64,000 bases of DNA, taken from the NCBI RefSeq assembly GCF_006345805.1, contig NC_043019.1, positions 7,439,360-7,503,359 of the forward strand, read 5' to 3'. Each line of letters opens with the position of its first letter. Within the stretch, counting starts at the first letter, position 1. This DNA comes from Octopus sinensis (lineage: Eukaryota). The notes under the pieces were generated by a model. It saw only the letters and a program-made list of their open reading frames with translations, was not told the origin of the DNA and searched no databases. The translations under genes and the position numbers were made by a program. Below, piece by piece: positions 11,819 through 26,963 of the stretch.

Positions 11819-12277
11819 ATATATATGTACACACATATATACATACATAGGTACACGTACATATATATATATATGTACACATATATATGCACATATATAT
11901 ACAAATATACACACACATATGCATATATATATACACACATACATACACATATGCATATATATATACACACATACATACATATACACACATACATATAATA
12001 TAAATAATATATAAATATATGCGTATATACATACATATGTATACATACCTACATATTATGTATATATACATGCATATATGGGTACAGGACATAAAAAAAA
12101 ACGTAGACATTATGAGAAACGAAAACATAAAAGCAATAAATTATTTTATTATGTTATTATATGATCGATCACCACGCATCCTTTTCCAAGTAAGTTTTAT
12201 CACATATACATATATATACTCCTAAATATATATATATTCCTAAATATATATATATTATATAATATATATATATATAA

Positions 12278-12463
12278 CTTTATTTAAAGCAGCAGAACAT
12301 TCAACAAAAACCTGTTACTCTGAGTTCCCGTTGCCGTTCATCGGACAGTTTTTGCTAGAATAGAACCGATATCGTTTCTATTCTTGCAAAAACTGTCCGA
12401 TGAACGGCAACGGGAAACTCAGAGTAACAGGTTTTGTTGAATGTTTTGCTGCTTTAAATAAAG
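12278..12463. repeat. 186-bp palindrome centred on GATATC (12368-12373), Penelope-type inverted structure
   Basis: ctttatttaaagcagcagaacattcaac…agaatagaaccgat | atcgtttctattct…gttgaatgttttgctgctttaaataaag; no spacer, few mismatches. Confidence 0.95.
12393..12430 (+). ncRNA. Minimal hammerhead ribozyme variant (U4C) in palindrome arm
   Basis: ctgt CCGATGA acggcaacgg GAAA CTCAGAG TA acag. Stem I ctgt/acag; mirror copy on the minus strand in the left arm. Confidence 0.65.
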
Positions 12464-12824
12464 CATATTACTCTACCACTGGTATTTGAGTACTCTTTTT
12501 TCCACCTTGTTTCACATTTATGTGTTTACTCTGGTATATATACATATATATATACATGTGTAAAAAAAATTGAAACCGCTTTCTATATTTGTATGTGCCT
12601 ATGTATATTTTGTTTTATTTCTCATTTTGATGATTTCAGTAGTTTTAATACGACAATGCTGGAGCACCACCTGATTATTTCCTATTTATTTATTGCTATT
12701 TTAAAAAGATTTAAAGGATAAGGGAAATATCTTCCTTCAGTACTTTTTCCTATCACAAAATTCCATTCGAACTTTCATTTCATTTGCTATCTCACCACCT
12801 CTCTCATCCACTATTTAACCACCT

Positions 12825-12862
<38 letters not shown>

Positions 12863-14183
12863 TTTTCCATCTTTGGATCATGAATGTAAAACGAAGATCT
12901 GGTTATGCACCTCGCTTAAAACGCAAAAGTATTATGTTAAGATACACACGTATAAACAATATAAAACAAAACAAAACAGCAAAAATGATTAAAAATATAT
13001 CATGCAGGAAAACAAAAAGCCTTGATCAATTCACCATTCGTTGATGACGCGCAGATGGTTCGAACCTAAAGCCACATCCTGGCGAGGCGTTTTTGTGAAC
13101 CATAAATCGATAGGAAGATCCACTGCATTAATCTTATAACCACGATTGATGCCATTTCTTAAAAGGATATTAGAGATTTATATATCTATATGTCTAACTC
13201 TTTTCATGTCGCAATATATATATATATAAATTATACATACATATAGATATATAGATATAAATATGGAGAGATATACCATACACGTTAAACACATATTTAT
13301 ATGTACATTATATATATACATCGTAATAATAGTAATAATAATCCATAATCCATGCATGGAATTTAATGTATATATACATATTTATTCATAGAGAGAGAGA
13401 GAAAATATTATTTCATTACAGATATATGTGTGTGTGTATTGATATATATATATATAATCAAAAATAAAATACTATTCTCTCTATTTTTTTCCCTGACAAG
13501 ATTCTACATCAATAGGAACAATTTATCTTCTTGACTTCTGAAACCCTTTGCACTTCCTTGATGGTTCTCATTTGCTGGCAGAGTCTCATCTATATGCCAA
13601 TGGTTGGCACCCGATCATGTTCCCCACTACAAACATATATACATATTGTATAGGCACATATAACATATATATATATATATATATAACGTGACGTATTGAT
13701 TATAATATATTATACACGCATAGAAATATGCGTTTATATGTAATTACATGTCCGTATAAACATATATATATATATATATATATATATACATGTGCAATTT
13801 ACTTGGCAGCTGACCATTTCTCCACGCGTATGTAGCTCATTTCTCATTCATCTGTCCGTTACATTTCGTTCTACATGTTCAAGCATCTACGTGACTATAT
13901 GTATACGTTAGGGGATACATAAGTATATGTCGGTAAATATATATATATATATATATACGTATGTGCATGTATGTGTGTATAAGCTTTTAAATATATACAT
14001 ATATGTGATATATACCTGTATGTATATATATAGAAAACCAATATTCATCACTGTATGTATTGCACGTGTATATATATGTATGCATGAATGTTTATAATTA
14101 TGTATATATGTGATAATCCTAAAGTTAGGCACGTGCCTTCGAAATTAGCGTGGGTGTGGGACCCTATGTATGTTATATCTATC

Positions 14184-14233
<50 letters not shown>

Positions 14234-14638
14234 TGTATATGCAAAAATATGTATTACGTATATATGTATATATCTATATATATATATATACATACATACA
14301 AACATATATCTACAAATGCAAGCAAAAAGAGGGATATGTGTGAGGAGTGATAGAGGGCGATTTCTGGCATGGAACCATGCACTTTTCGGGGGAGGCGGGT
14401 GTAGGTTAAATCATTTGATTGTTGGCACAGTCGAATATAATTTATGGCAAAGGTTGAAAACGGGAATCATTTTAAATTGAAAATTAATATATGATAATTT
14501 TTTATTATTTATGTGCATAATACATACAAATAAACATATACATAAATACACCCGCATACATATATATGTACGTATAACATCTTACATAATACGCACGCAT
14601 ATATATGTACGTATAAACATATACATATATACGCACGC

Positions 14639-14673
<35 letters not shown>

Positions 14674-15447
14674 ATATATATATGATCTACTTGTTCTATT
14701 TGACTGGCGCTATTATCGTATTCCTCCTTAACTTCTGGGTTCCTACCTTCTTTGTATATAAATATATTTTTCCAAACAAACCCACCCCTACTATAATATA
14801 TATGTGTGTGTGTGTGTTTGGAGACTTCCATACATTAATCCACAGATTGTTTTCATTCGTTTCTTGAAGCTGGGCGTATATTCTATAGTGGACCTTTTGT
14901 AAGTTAGTTAGATAGATATTGAGAGATAGATAGATAGATAGTGAAGATAGATAGATAGAGAAGATAGATAGAGAAGATAGATAGATAGATAGGTAATAAG
15001 TAGAGATGTATTTTCATGTAAACCTAGAATCATAATGATGTATGTAAATCTATTTAAATTTAATTTTTACTTATTTACATTCCTAGATACCCAGATATGT
15101 ATGCATAGTTCTACGCACATGCATGTATGATTGAATAAATACAAACGCGTACTTGTGTGGGTACATGAATATTTGCATGCATATATACATACATATATAC
15201 ATTAAAATTCGTTATTCTTCTCCTCATCTCAGGTCTCATAGTTGGTGTTTAATCAGACATGTATTTGGAAATGTAAATTGTTAATTTGTTTAAAATTGCT
15301 GAGTTTTATAGGAGAACCTACAAATTCGTTTAGTATATCGGGTTGTGCTGTACTTTTATTAAAATTGCCAAGCTTTCACACATCTTTTTGTATGTATGCC
15401 TCGAAATGTATATAAATGTACGTTATATATGTATATATGTATATATA

Positions 15448-15750
15448 TCACCATGACCGACCAGACTATCAGATGGTGCTACACATCGCTGGTCACAATG
15501 CGCTTCGCATTGCTTTAGCCTTCAAATGACGCCACCCCGCTGGCTAAGCGAGCAGGCCGACAATAGAAAGAGTGAGAGAAAGTTGTGGCGAAAGAGAACA
15601 GCAGGGACCGCCACCACCCCCTGCCGGAGCCTCGTGGAGCTTTTAGGTGTTTTCATTCAATAAACATTCACAACGCCCGGTCTGGGAATCGAAACCGCGA
15701 TCCTACGACCGCGAGTCCGCTGCCCTAACCACTGGGCCATGGCCCCTCCA
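15448..15750 (-). mobile_element. SINE family C, full length
   Basis: Minus strand: tggcccagtggttagggcagcggactcgcggtcgtaggatcgcggtttcgattccc tRNA-like head with A/B boxes; body shared with 5558-5836. Confidence 0.9.
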
Positions 15751-15767
15751 CATATATATATATATAT

Positions 15768-16465
15768 AATCAAAATATGCAACAGGGTATCAAGAAGTGG
15801 TGGAGTACGACCGTTTCAAGCGATTCCATTTAATTGAATAAGGCAATCATTACATCATATTAAATGTGGGGTTATCGTTAGCTTCACAAATAAATGGTAT
15901 TTTAATTAGTCGGACACATTAATATAATTTCCCTAAAATGCTCCAACAGAGCAAGAAGATGGAAGAAATCCAGTTGCCACTTTTCTAGCTAAGAATATAC
16001 TACACGTCCAAGAAAAGGATGGGTCTTACTGGGGTCAGAGCTTGTAAAGGATTGTAGTTCATTTCTAATCTGTTTGTCTTTTATCAACTACTATATCTAA
16101 ACTAAGCGACTGTGTCTGTTTGGAATGAGGAGCAAGAGGGAGTTGACAGCTCATGGCTCAAGACATTAGTAGTAAATTGGGTATAAGGTAACTGTCTATA
16201 AAGGAGGCTGGATAGGGGAAGATCCTAAGTCATGGTGTCAATTACCAGTTAAAGGGGCAAGACGCTAATAAAATATATTAAAATTTTGTTTATTTGTGCA
16301 GATGATGAGAGCCCTGCATTTAAATTGATGTAATGTTTGCATTGTTCGGTTAAATGGTCGTACTGCATCACTTATTGATATCTTGTTGCTTATTTCGATT
16401 TTATTCACCTTACTTCGAGCTATGCGGATAATACCTGACTGACTTGGTCCTTCAACCTCAATACC
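15768..16465. repeat. Diverged inverted copies (15768-15910 / 16265-16400) of a short dispersed repeat
   Basis: aatcaaaatatgcaacagggtatcaagaagtg…gtacgacc…cattacatca versus reverse complement aatcgaaataagcaacaagatatcaataagtg…gtacgacc…cattacatca. The same family occurs at 39400-39997. Confidence 0.7.
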
Positions 16466-17059
16466 TAATTCGACCAAATCTCAATTATTGCTTTTATATA
16501 TGGATCAAGTACTAGTATTCATTAACTATTTTTCCTATTGTTCCTACGAGTATTGTTATCTGTTTCAAGTTTACTGACTCCCTGTCCAAGAATTCTGTTG
16601 CATATATGGATATAATAAATAAAAACAAATTTATATAATAAATGGATCAAGTATTTTGAGACCATATATAAACAGAAGATACAAATATTACAGGCATCAC
16701 CCCCCACACACACACACACACTAAATAAACATAGACGCACATAGAGATATAAGCATGCGCAAATGGAGACATACAATAGAAATACAAAATGGCTGACGGT
16801 TAGTAAGGAGAGACAAAAATAAGAAAGAAGAAAACAAAGGACCACTGATGCGGTCACAGGAGTGTGACGAAAGGACTCTGGCCGAAATAAGATTAAGATT
16901 AATGTAAAAAATAAATAACACTGAAGCAAAATAACACCAAATATATAGTGCGTGTGTTTTTATTGGCTAAACTAGCAAAATGACCATTCCGAAATATAAC
17001 AATATATATATATATATATATATGTATAACATATGTATTCTTTTTTCACTTCAGCTTTA

Positions 17060-17755
17060 TTATTGCATACATACATATATGTATGTGTATATATATATAT
17101 ATATACATACATACATACATATATTACATACATACATACATATATACATACATATATATATACATACATATAAATATACATATATATAAATATATACACA
17201 TACACATACATACCTATAAATATATATAACATACATATAATATACATACATATAAATATACATATATATAAATATATACACATACATACATATAAATATA
17301 TATATACATACATATAAATATATATACATACATATATATATATATATACATACATATATATATATATATAATACATACATATATATATATATATACATAC
17401 AATATATATATATATTATACATACATTATATATATACATACATTACATATATATATATATACATACATACATATTATATAATACACTACATATAATAAAC
17501 ATACATACATACATATATATATATATACACATACATACATACATATATATATATATACACATACAAATACATTACATAAATATATATATATATACATACA
17601 TATATATATATATAGAGAGACACATAAATATACATACATATAAATATATATAGATCACATACATATTAAATATACATATATATACATGACATATATATAT
17701 ATACATGCATATATATATATATGCACACATACATATATACATATATATATATACA
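17060..17755. repeat. Compound (TA)/(TACA) microsatellite tract
   Basis: Continuous ATAT/ACAT repeats. Confidence 0.95.
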
Positions 17756-19895
17756 CAGCAAATTTAACCTGAGCAAAACTTCACCAGTGGATTGATAAAT
17801 AAATTCAGTCGTTGGATGAAATATTGCGCAGAATATAGTTACCATTTTCTGCGTACCGAATAAAAATCCCTTCATTCATCCCTTCAGGATGATGAAAATA
17901 ATGTTCCAAGGTATTTCTGGGAGTGATATATTTGATTAACAGCGCCTTCAAACTGGTGCCATCTTCACTAAGTTTGAAACTGCACAGGCACATGATCAGA
18001 CTTTTGCGAAGATTATTTACTCTCAATGTCTTCTTTTCTCCTTTTCCTTCTCCTCCTTCTTTTCCTTTTGTTTTTATCGACGTAGACACCCTCTCAGTTT
18101 CCCCTACCCTTCTTCCAACGGACCATCCATGGAGGGAAACAGCGGACTCATTTCCCGTTTGCACCGATTTTACTTTACGAGTCAATAAAGACAACGTGAA
18201 AGAAAATGACTTTCTCTTCAAGTTTACAATGCACTGCTCCGACCAGGATCCGAACCGACAATATCATACACTTCATCTCACTACAGCACACGATGTACAC
18301 ACCATTTCCCATTCACAAATCCGAAAATTCCTATGCTTTCCTGTTTCTGAATTTCAACAAATAGTTAAGTAAAGATTTGAACTTCCACGCTGATCAGCTG
18401 TAACGATCTTTTCGATATCCATTTATCCATTGTGCCATCTTTTTTTTGATAAATAATAAATCTCCTTCCAAGCAAACAACAAAAGACTCTTCACAATGAG
18501 ACTCGACACACAAGGAAAACTTTCTCCAAAGTATTTACTCAAATTGCTTTCATTTCAGATCTTTTTCTTGATGTCTTTATTCGGATACGTATATATCAAT
18601 GCTATCGCCATTATTATTATTATTATTATTATTGGTTTCATTACCATTAATACCACTATCACAACTACTACTTCAATTACTACTATTAAAACAACAGTAA
18701 CAACAAATAATAACAATAATAAGAACAGCAACAACAACAATAATTTTAGTTTCATTTTTTTTTAAGATCAAGCTGTTTCTTCCAAAAACCACCCGCCATT
18801 TTGAATTCTTTCCTTGTTCCTTCCACATTATACGTATTTTGCTGTTATATTCTCTTACATAAACACACACACATATACATACACACATACATATACACAC
18901 ACACTATATATATATATAGACATAAATGTGCGTGTGAATCTGTTATATATATAGCCATACATATGTGTGTGTGAATGTGTTTATATATATATATATATAT
19001 AGCCATACATAGGTGTATGTGAATATATATATATATATATATATCAAAACATACATATATTTACACATACGCACACACGGGCATATATATTGAATGTATG
19101 TGTGTACAAAACTTTGAACAACATACATACACTTGCGCCACCTGGAGGAGGTCTCATCGCCGTCTTCTGCTATTTGATTCATGTTCAATAGTTGTTCCCC
19201 CTTTGCCGAAGGTCTTCTAATATCTTTTCTTCTTTCCATATTTTTCTGTATTTCTCTTTCATTTTAACATTTTTGTTTTTGGTCTTTTTTTTTTCAATTT
19301 CTTTGCGTTTTATATATATTGTCTTTTTTCTTTTCTTTCCTATGATTTTTGCATTCGTTTTCGTGTTTTTTTTTTTTTTACTTTATCGTTTTCTCCTTAA
19401 TTTCAGTTATATGTCTGCTTTTCATTTTTTTTTTTTTTTTTTTGCTGTTGTTTTATGTGCCTTTTGTTGTTGCTACAAATGTTCATCCTCTTGTTGCTCC
19501 CGGTTTCTTCTTTTTAATATTTACATCTTTACATTTTTCTTTAGCTTTTGTTTCGTTGTGGTTGTTGTTGTAATTGTTCATTTGACTGGTGTTGTTGTTG
19601 TTATGGTTGTTTTCCCATTAACTAAAATATAGATTTCCTACATACACATACGTACATACATATATACGTATGTATACATATGCATACGCGTATATTTATA
19701 TATACATATATAAACATACGTATGTATGAATATGTCTATGTATGTAGAAATATATACATTTATATACCTATATATACACACAAACATATATATCCCTTCA
19801 TTTTATCTTCCATATTCATTGGTAAAGAACATTGGATTTTTCTCGATCTTTTCCCTTTACACACTCACCAACACACACACATACACACACACAAA

Positions 19896-19940
<45 letters not shown>

Positions 19941-20426
19941 GGACATTATAAGTACTCATATGCATATATGTATACATGTGTGTATATATGTATACACCCT
20001 TTTGTGTGTACCTCTGCTCAGGTATGCGTATATATTCGTTTCTGTGTATATAAACATGTGTGTGTATGATTCAACGTTCCGTTTATATCTACCCTCCTCT
20101 CTTCCCACCCTCCGTTTATCTGTCTGTCTGACTGGCTGGCTGTCCCCTTTATATCCCCGTCTCCCATTTTTTTCAAATATTTTACTTCTTTTAAGGGTGG
20201 TTCTTTTCCCTATGATATATTTTGCTTTCAATTCTTCACTCTTCTGTTGGTCTTTATTTTTAACAGTCTGGGAATAGTAGAAGAAAATTCAAAGAAAATT
20301 TTGTAAAATATGCAAAAATATCGGTAATATAAATGATTCTCAGTTTATTCCACTTGCCACGTTCATTCCGTTTCTAATTCTTCTTTTACATAGCTGCATA
20401 TTTATCTACACACACACACACATATA

Positions 20427-20476
<50 letters not shown>

Positions 20477-20906
20477 TATATATATATATATATATATACA
20501 TGCATATATGTATTTATGAATACATACAAATATATGTATTTATGCATACATACAAATATATATATATATACATAAATATGTGTGTGTAAGTGAGTGTGCA
20601 TGAACATATAGTTATATCTATGAACGAATACATTTTCATATATATATATTATATACTTGAGCACGTATATAATTTATAAGTACATGTATATGGACTATAC
20701 ATATAGTTTTTTACGTTCATTTATATATACATAAAAGCATACGCGTATACTTATATACATGTATTTGTGTGTGTCTGTGTGTGTAAACACATGAATATAG
20801 CAACAATCACATACGAGTATAGAGAGGCATGTGAATACTAACAATACACACACATACAATATATATATATATACATATATATATATTTATGCATCAATAT
20901 ACTTAC

Positions 20907-20950
<44 letters not shown>

Positions 20951-20969
20951 TATGCATCAATATACTTAC

Positions 20970-21000
<31 letters not shown>

Positions 21001-21644
21001 CATATATATTGATGCATCAATATACTTACATATGTGTGTATATATATATATGTATATATAAAGCAACAGTCATTTTTTATTCAATATAATTTCTTATATG
21101 TTCCCCCTCAAAGGCTGTGTATCAATCAATCTTTCTGCTGTATATACATATATATCTCATTCCAATATATTCTATTCCTTCATGTTCGTTTATGAATTTA
21201 GTCTTTTTTTTTCCTTTCTGATTCTTCTAATCCTTTATTCATAATTTCATCCAGTCATTCTCGCATACGTTTTCTTCTTACCCTCTCTTTTACTCTTCCA
21301 TACACAATATCCATATTTCTTTCATATATTCTTTTCATTCAAATTTTCTTTCATCTCATTTTTATCATTTTGCATCTTTCTTTCATCTATTAATTCCTTC
21401 AGTTCTTCCTACTTACGCATTTACTTCCTTCCCGCCTTCATTCTGCTCAGTTTCTTACTTCTACTTTTCTATTTTACTCTTTTTCTTTCTGCAGTATTTA
21501 TTTATTTATTTATTTATTCATTCTTTACTTAACCCACTACCCATTGCCTCTATTTCTCTTTCCTAAGGTTTCACGTATCCTTACCATCTACCTATCCATG
21601 TATATTTACTTATATATCACCGCGTTTCGCTTTCTCCTATTCAT

Positions 21645-21674
21645 CATATATATATATATATATTATATATATAT

Positions 21675-21707
<33 letters not shown>

Positions 21708-22170
21708 GTAATGTATATACACATGTAGATATATGTATATATACATGTAGATATATGTATATATACATGTAGATATATGTATATATACATGTATATATAA
21801 ATGTACATATATACATGTATATATATTCATGTATATATATATGTATATACATATATATGTATATATATATTCATGTATATATATGTATATACATATACAT
21901 GTATATATATATATGTGTATATATGTATATATATATTCATGCATATATATATATGTATATACATATACATGTATATATATATGTGTATATATGTATATAT
22001 ATATTCATGTATATATATGTGTATATATGTATATATATATTCATGTATATATATATATGTATATGCATATACTTGTATATATATATATATATGTATATGC
22101 ATATACTTGTATATATATATATGTATATATACATGTATACATGCATGCATAAATGTGTATATATACATTA
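21645..22170. repeat. AT-rich minisatellite/microsatellite array
   Basis: Repeated atatacatgtagatatatgt and tattcatgtatata units. Confidence 0.9.
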
Positions 22171-23096
22171 CTATAGTGCATGTATACAAGGGTATACACA
22201 CGAACACACATTTTTATATATGTATGTTTGAGTATCTGCATGAATATACTTACATGCATGCACATACAGACACATTTGTGTGTATATATATGTGTGTATG
22301 TATATATATATGTGTGTATGTATATATACATATGTATGTATGCATAAGTATACATGAACATGTCTGCGTACACACCTACCTACAAACCTATCTCCTTATC
22401 TACCTTAACTCGCAGCGTGTCCTAATGTTTAACCGAATAGTTTTCTTATGTTTTTTCCTCCATTTATTCCAGAACCATCAACAGCAAAACAATTCCACAG
22501 TATGCTACTCTGTGATTCTATGAACCATTCTAGTTAGTTCCATGCGGTTTTATGTTGTTTCCTGTGTATGCCATAAGAATTTTAATCATACAACCTTAGT
22601 CTTCTGAGAGGAACACACAAAATTCATCTGTTCTCTCTGTATTGTAAGTTTCGCAATGTTTTGCCCTCTTTTTTCAAATCTACACAAATGCACCAAGGTT
22701 TGGTCTCTGATTTCCCCCTCATACTCTTTTCTTTCCCTTCTCTTTCCTCGAACATAACAGGTGAGATATATATGTATATATATTTATGCGTGTGCCACGA
22801 TATACTTTTACATGCCTACATACACGCAAATTTATATATGTACATCTACATGAAAATATATATATGTATATACATGCAGTTATATATATATACATTTATG
22901 TATATATTTATGTAGTTATATCTATGTATACATTTATATATACATACATAATTATGTAGTTATATCTATGTGTACATTTATATATATATATACATAATTA
23001 TGTAGTTATATATATGTGTACATTTATATATATATCTATATATATATATATGTGTGTGGTAGTTAATATATATACATTTATATATATAATATGTAG

Positions 23097-23157
<61 letters not shown>

Positions 23158-23789
23158 CACACATTATATATATATCTATGAAGTTATATATAAACGTGTG
23201 TGTGTGCACGCGCAAGGAATAGTTAAGAAATAAAAAAGAGACCAGAGAAAAGAGGTGAGAGAGAGGAGAGAAACGAGGGGAAAGAGAGGGTTAGTATTCG
23301 AAACAAACATTTATGTCAAGCATTTACACTTTTGAAAAAACACGCAAACTTTTTACTGAACATCAGAGTTCCATACGCTATTCCTTTTCCTCCATTCAAA
23401 ACTGCCAGCTTCCGTTTGCTTGTTGTTCTCACTGGTATATCATGGCGCATAATATTCTATGATTTCTTGTTCGAATACAAGAGTTGTTAACTTGCGCTTT
23501 CTTTCCACAATAATGGCTACGTCTCCATGTTTACAACGTTGCATTAGATGTGTGCGTACGTACAAATATATACGCATACTTATATATTACATACGTATAT
23601 ATGTATTTATGTCATATATTTATATATATATACATACATACATGCACACAGACAGTAAAGGAAGATGTATTTATGCATATATAAGTATGTATGTATGTGT
23701 GAATATACATATATATGTATGTTTATATATATGCTTGTGAGTGTGTATATGTATCTTAAGCAGTTAAATATTCCAGTGTATGTATATAT

Positions 23790-23793
23790 ATTA

Positions 23794-23839
<46 letters not shown>

Positions 23840-24212
23840 GGTATTAATACATATACACAAATCTATATATATATATATGTATTAATACATATACATATAC
23901 ACATACATCTATATATATATATATGTTTAATACATATACACATACATATATATATAGATTATATTAATACATATACACATTACATATATATATATATAAT
24001 TAATACATATACACTACATATATATATATAGTTAATACATCGATACACATAATCTATATATATATATATGTTTATACATATATACACATACATCTATATA
24101 TATATAGATAAGTATTAATACATACACATACATATATACATATATGATATATGTATTAATACATCTATAACATACATATTACATATAATATATTATATGT
24201 ATTAATACATCT

Positions 24213-24246
<34 letters not shown>

Positions 24247-24341
24247 GTATTAATACATATACACATACATATATATATATATATATGTATTAATACATCT
24301 ATACATACATACTATATATATATATATGTATTAATACATCT

Positions 24342-24387
<46 letters not shown>

Positions 24388-24426
24388 TAATACATCTATA
24401 CATACATACATATATATATATATATA
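23790..24426. repeat. Minisatellite with gtattaatacat[a/c]ta core and variable (TA)n spacers
   Basis: More than ten recurrences of the ttaatacat motif separated by (TA)n. Confidence 0.9.
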
Positions 24427-26925
24427 GATCAGTGGTATTTCTATGGTGCTTCCGATATTTATTTTTTCAACATATTTTCCATCGTCATATTTTATATCTC
24501 CTAGAAGGGTAGAAAATGAATACCATCCTTCGTGGGACTTGTATCTGAAGGGTTGTTTTTTTTTCTGTAGGAGACAAACTTGTGTGATTAGATTAATATT
24601 CCTATTTACTCTTCGTGTTTATTTATATTTACCTGTGTCTTTTTTCTTCAAAGTATATCCGAAAGTCGTTCCACTATGAATTGAGAATGGTTTGCTATGA
24701 AATAGTAAGATTCTTGGGCGGCATGTGAACTACTTGAACCACACCTACTTTTTCGCATAGCAGAACAGAGAATCGATGTTGTACCTTCTGTAAAATTGAT
24801 GCAATTTAATTTTTTTACTTCCAAGCTTGTAGCATAGGTTTTTTCTCTTTAAATTCTTAATCCCACCATTGTCATGAATTCGCTATGGACAAATTCAAAA
24901 CTAAATCTGTTCGAAATCCTACATACCAATAAATGGTTTTTGTTGTAATGAACCGTAAAGACAAGTGTTCATCTCGTGTGCTTATCCTAATGTCTGCTAG
25001 AGGGTTAAATAGAAGAGTACTTTGGGCATAGAATTCATAGCCATTTGACTTTATGGTTTTAGTTTCTGCCCTTTGATTTCAACATCTGTTCGATCTAATA
25101 TCTGGCGTTTTCCTCATCATAAAGTTGATGAATAAACAAAGCTGTCCAGTGGGTTCGAATAACGGAGTTGTAAGAGCTTCTGTGAGGATGATTTCTAATA
25201 TTTTGTATCTTTTCCATTTCTCTGCGTTCTAAATCAAAATCCCACCTTGATGACCAGTTTTCAGAAGCGACCTCTTCTTGGTGCCCTAAAAATGATGCTT
25301 TCCTTTTTTTTATTTTGTTTCATTTTAGCACCAATTCCAACAATTATCAGAGCAGGGATTCATCAGTTGCAGTCAACTCCAAACTGATCCCATACTTTTG
25401 TCGACCTCAGTTGGATGAAATATAAATTTAACCACGCTAGAGATTTGAACGCCAAACGTGAAGACGCAGTAGAAATGTCGCAAGGCATATGTTCTTGATC
25501 CGACGCTCAAGCGCTTCTGCCAATCTTGACGCCATTCTGTGCCCTAATAATGCAAACGACACCAAATTTTAAAATGTTTCTCTTATCTGAGTAGAAACTA
25601 TCAAAAAGCACAAAGTGTTCAAGAGATAATTCCACTGATGATGATTCTCTCTATATGGACGCCACACCGAGAATGGATGAAAGTTCTTCGCTAAAACGTC
25701 CACAGCGGAGTTTGCAAATAGATACCCCTAACTCTGTCTTCAATCTTATTCTTAGTTCATACGCAGAGGAGTTGTCGTTGATGTTGTTTGTTTAACCTGA
25801 AGTCAGTAATTACAATAAAAGAAATCTACTATCAAATCCATCTCACTTATTTTAACTTTTGTGTGTCTGGGAAACACAATGTCTTGTGTCCTTTGAAGAA
25901 AATCGGTGTTTTCTGGTAGTTCTTTGATTTATCTAACTTTGCACAAAATGACTGCCACAGATGTGTTCATTTTCAATTCTTAGTCTTTTACAACTTACCC
26001 TAAGGCGGATCGTTTTCCTTTCGCATCAGTTTGCACAACTCACACTTCTCTACCGCGAGCAACGCAGAGAATACTTGCAAAATATTGTACGTTTTAATGG
26101 CGATTGTCTTGCGTTTGTGTATTATCAAACACCAGGAGTTTGTTTTTTTCTCTTTTCTTTGCAAATATATGTTCACAGAGCCCAGTATACGTTCGTAGCC
26201 AAATCTTATGGCAACCTTATGATAAAACCGTGGATTTCACCACAAGAGATTGAGGAAGTCACAGATTTTCGAAATGGCAATTTAGATATGTGGTGTTATT
26301 ATCTGGAATGTGTGAAGAGGGAATTTCACCTTTGTAATGCTACCGAACAGCAATTTTGAATCTGCTCCTTTTGTTTATTTTACTCCCAATTACTTATGCA
26401 TTGCACCGCATTCTTCGGTTGCATAAACTAGCTGTCAGGCATCAATTGTCTATTTGTATTTGAACGTCTTCTCCAGGGTGGAATTCGTCTTTAAACATCT
26501 TAGAGCTACAAGCATATTTAGGAATTTCAAAATAGATATTCAACTTCACAAGTTAATATAAAATGGTTCGCACAAATAGATACCAAATCATTTTATGTTG
26601 CTTCTAAACATGTTTTCCTAAATGCTAAAAATCACTACTTAACGGGTTTCATATTCCAGGCCTATAACCAGGTTCATTTCAGCCACGATCATCCAGTCAG
26701 TCATACTGTAAATATGATTTCATTATTCAGTGTGTCCTTCCAAATAGTTTAACGCTATTCAGTGTATATTTTTCTGAAAATTTATCTGATATTTCGAACC
26801 GGAAAGAACGTAACAAGTTCGCTTTATAATGTAAGGTTTTATGGATGGATAGATGGATGGATGGATTGGTGAGTGGGTGGGTGTTATTTTTTTAATATAC
26901 TACTAACGTAATTGCAGGCGCATTC

Positions 26926-26963
<38 letters not shown>

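Noticed and set aside
15680-15750. tRNA-like sequence
   Set aside because: It is the head of a family C SINE, contiguous with the SINE body.
17765-17830. TEFIYQSTGEVLLR resemblance to DPP6/DPP10
   Set aside because: Very short match with no other DPP motifs in frame.
20880-24426. Repeat-spacer patterns superficially like CRISPR arrays
   Set aside because: Spacers are variable (TA)n rather than unique sequence; eukaryotic context; no cas genes.
25961-26359. 132-aa + strand ORF
   Set aside because: No recognisable motif or supporting splice structure.
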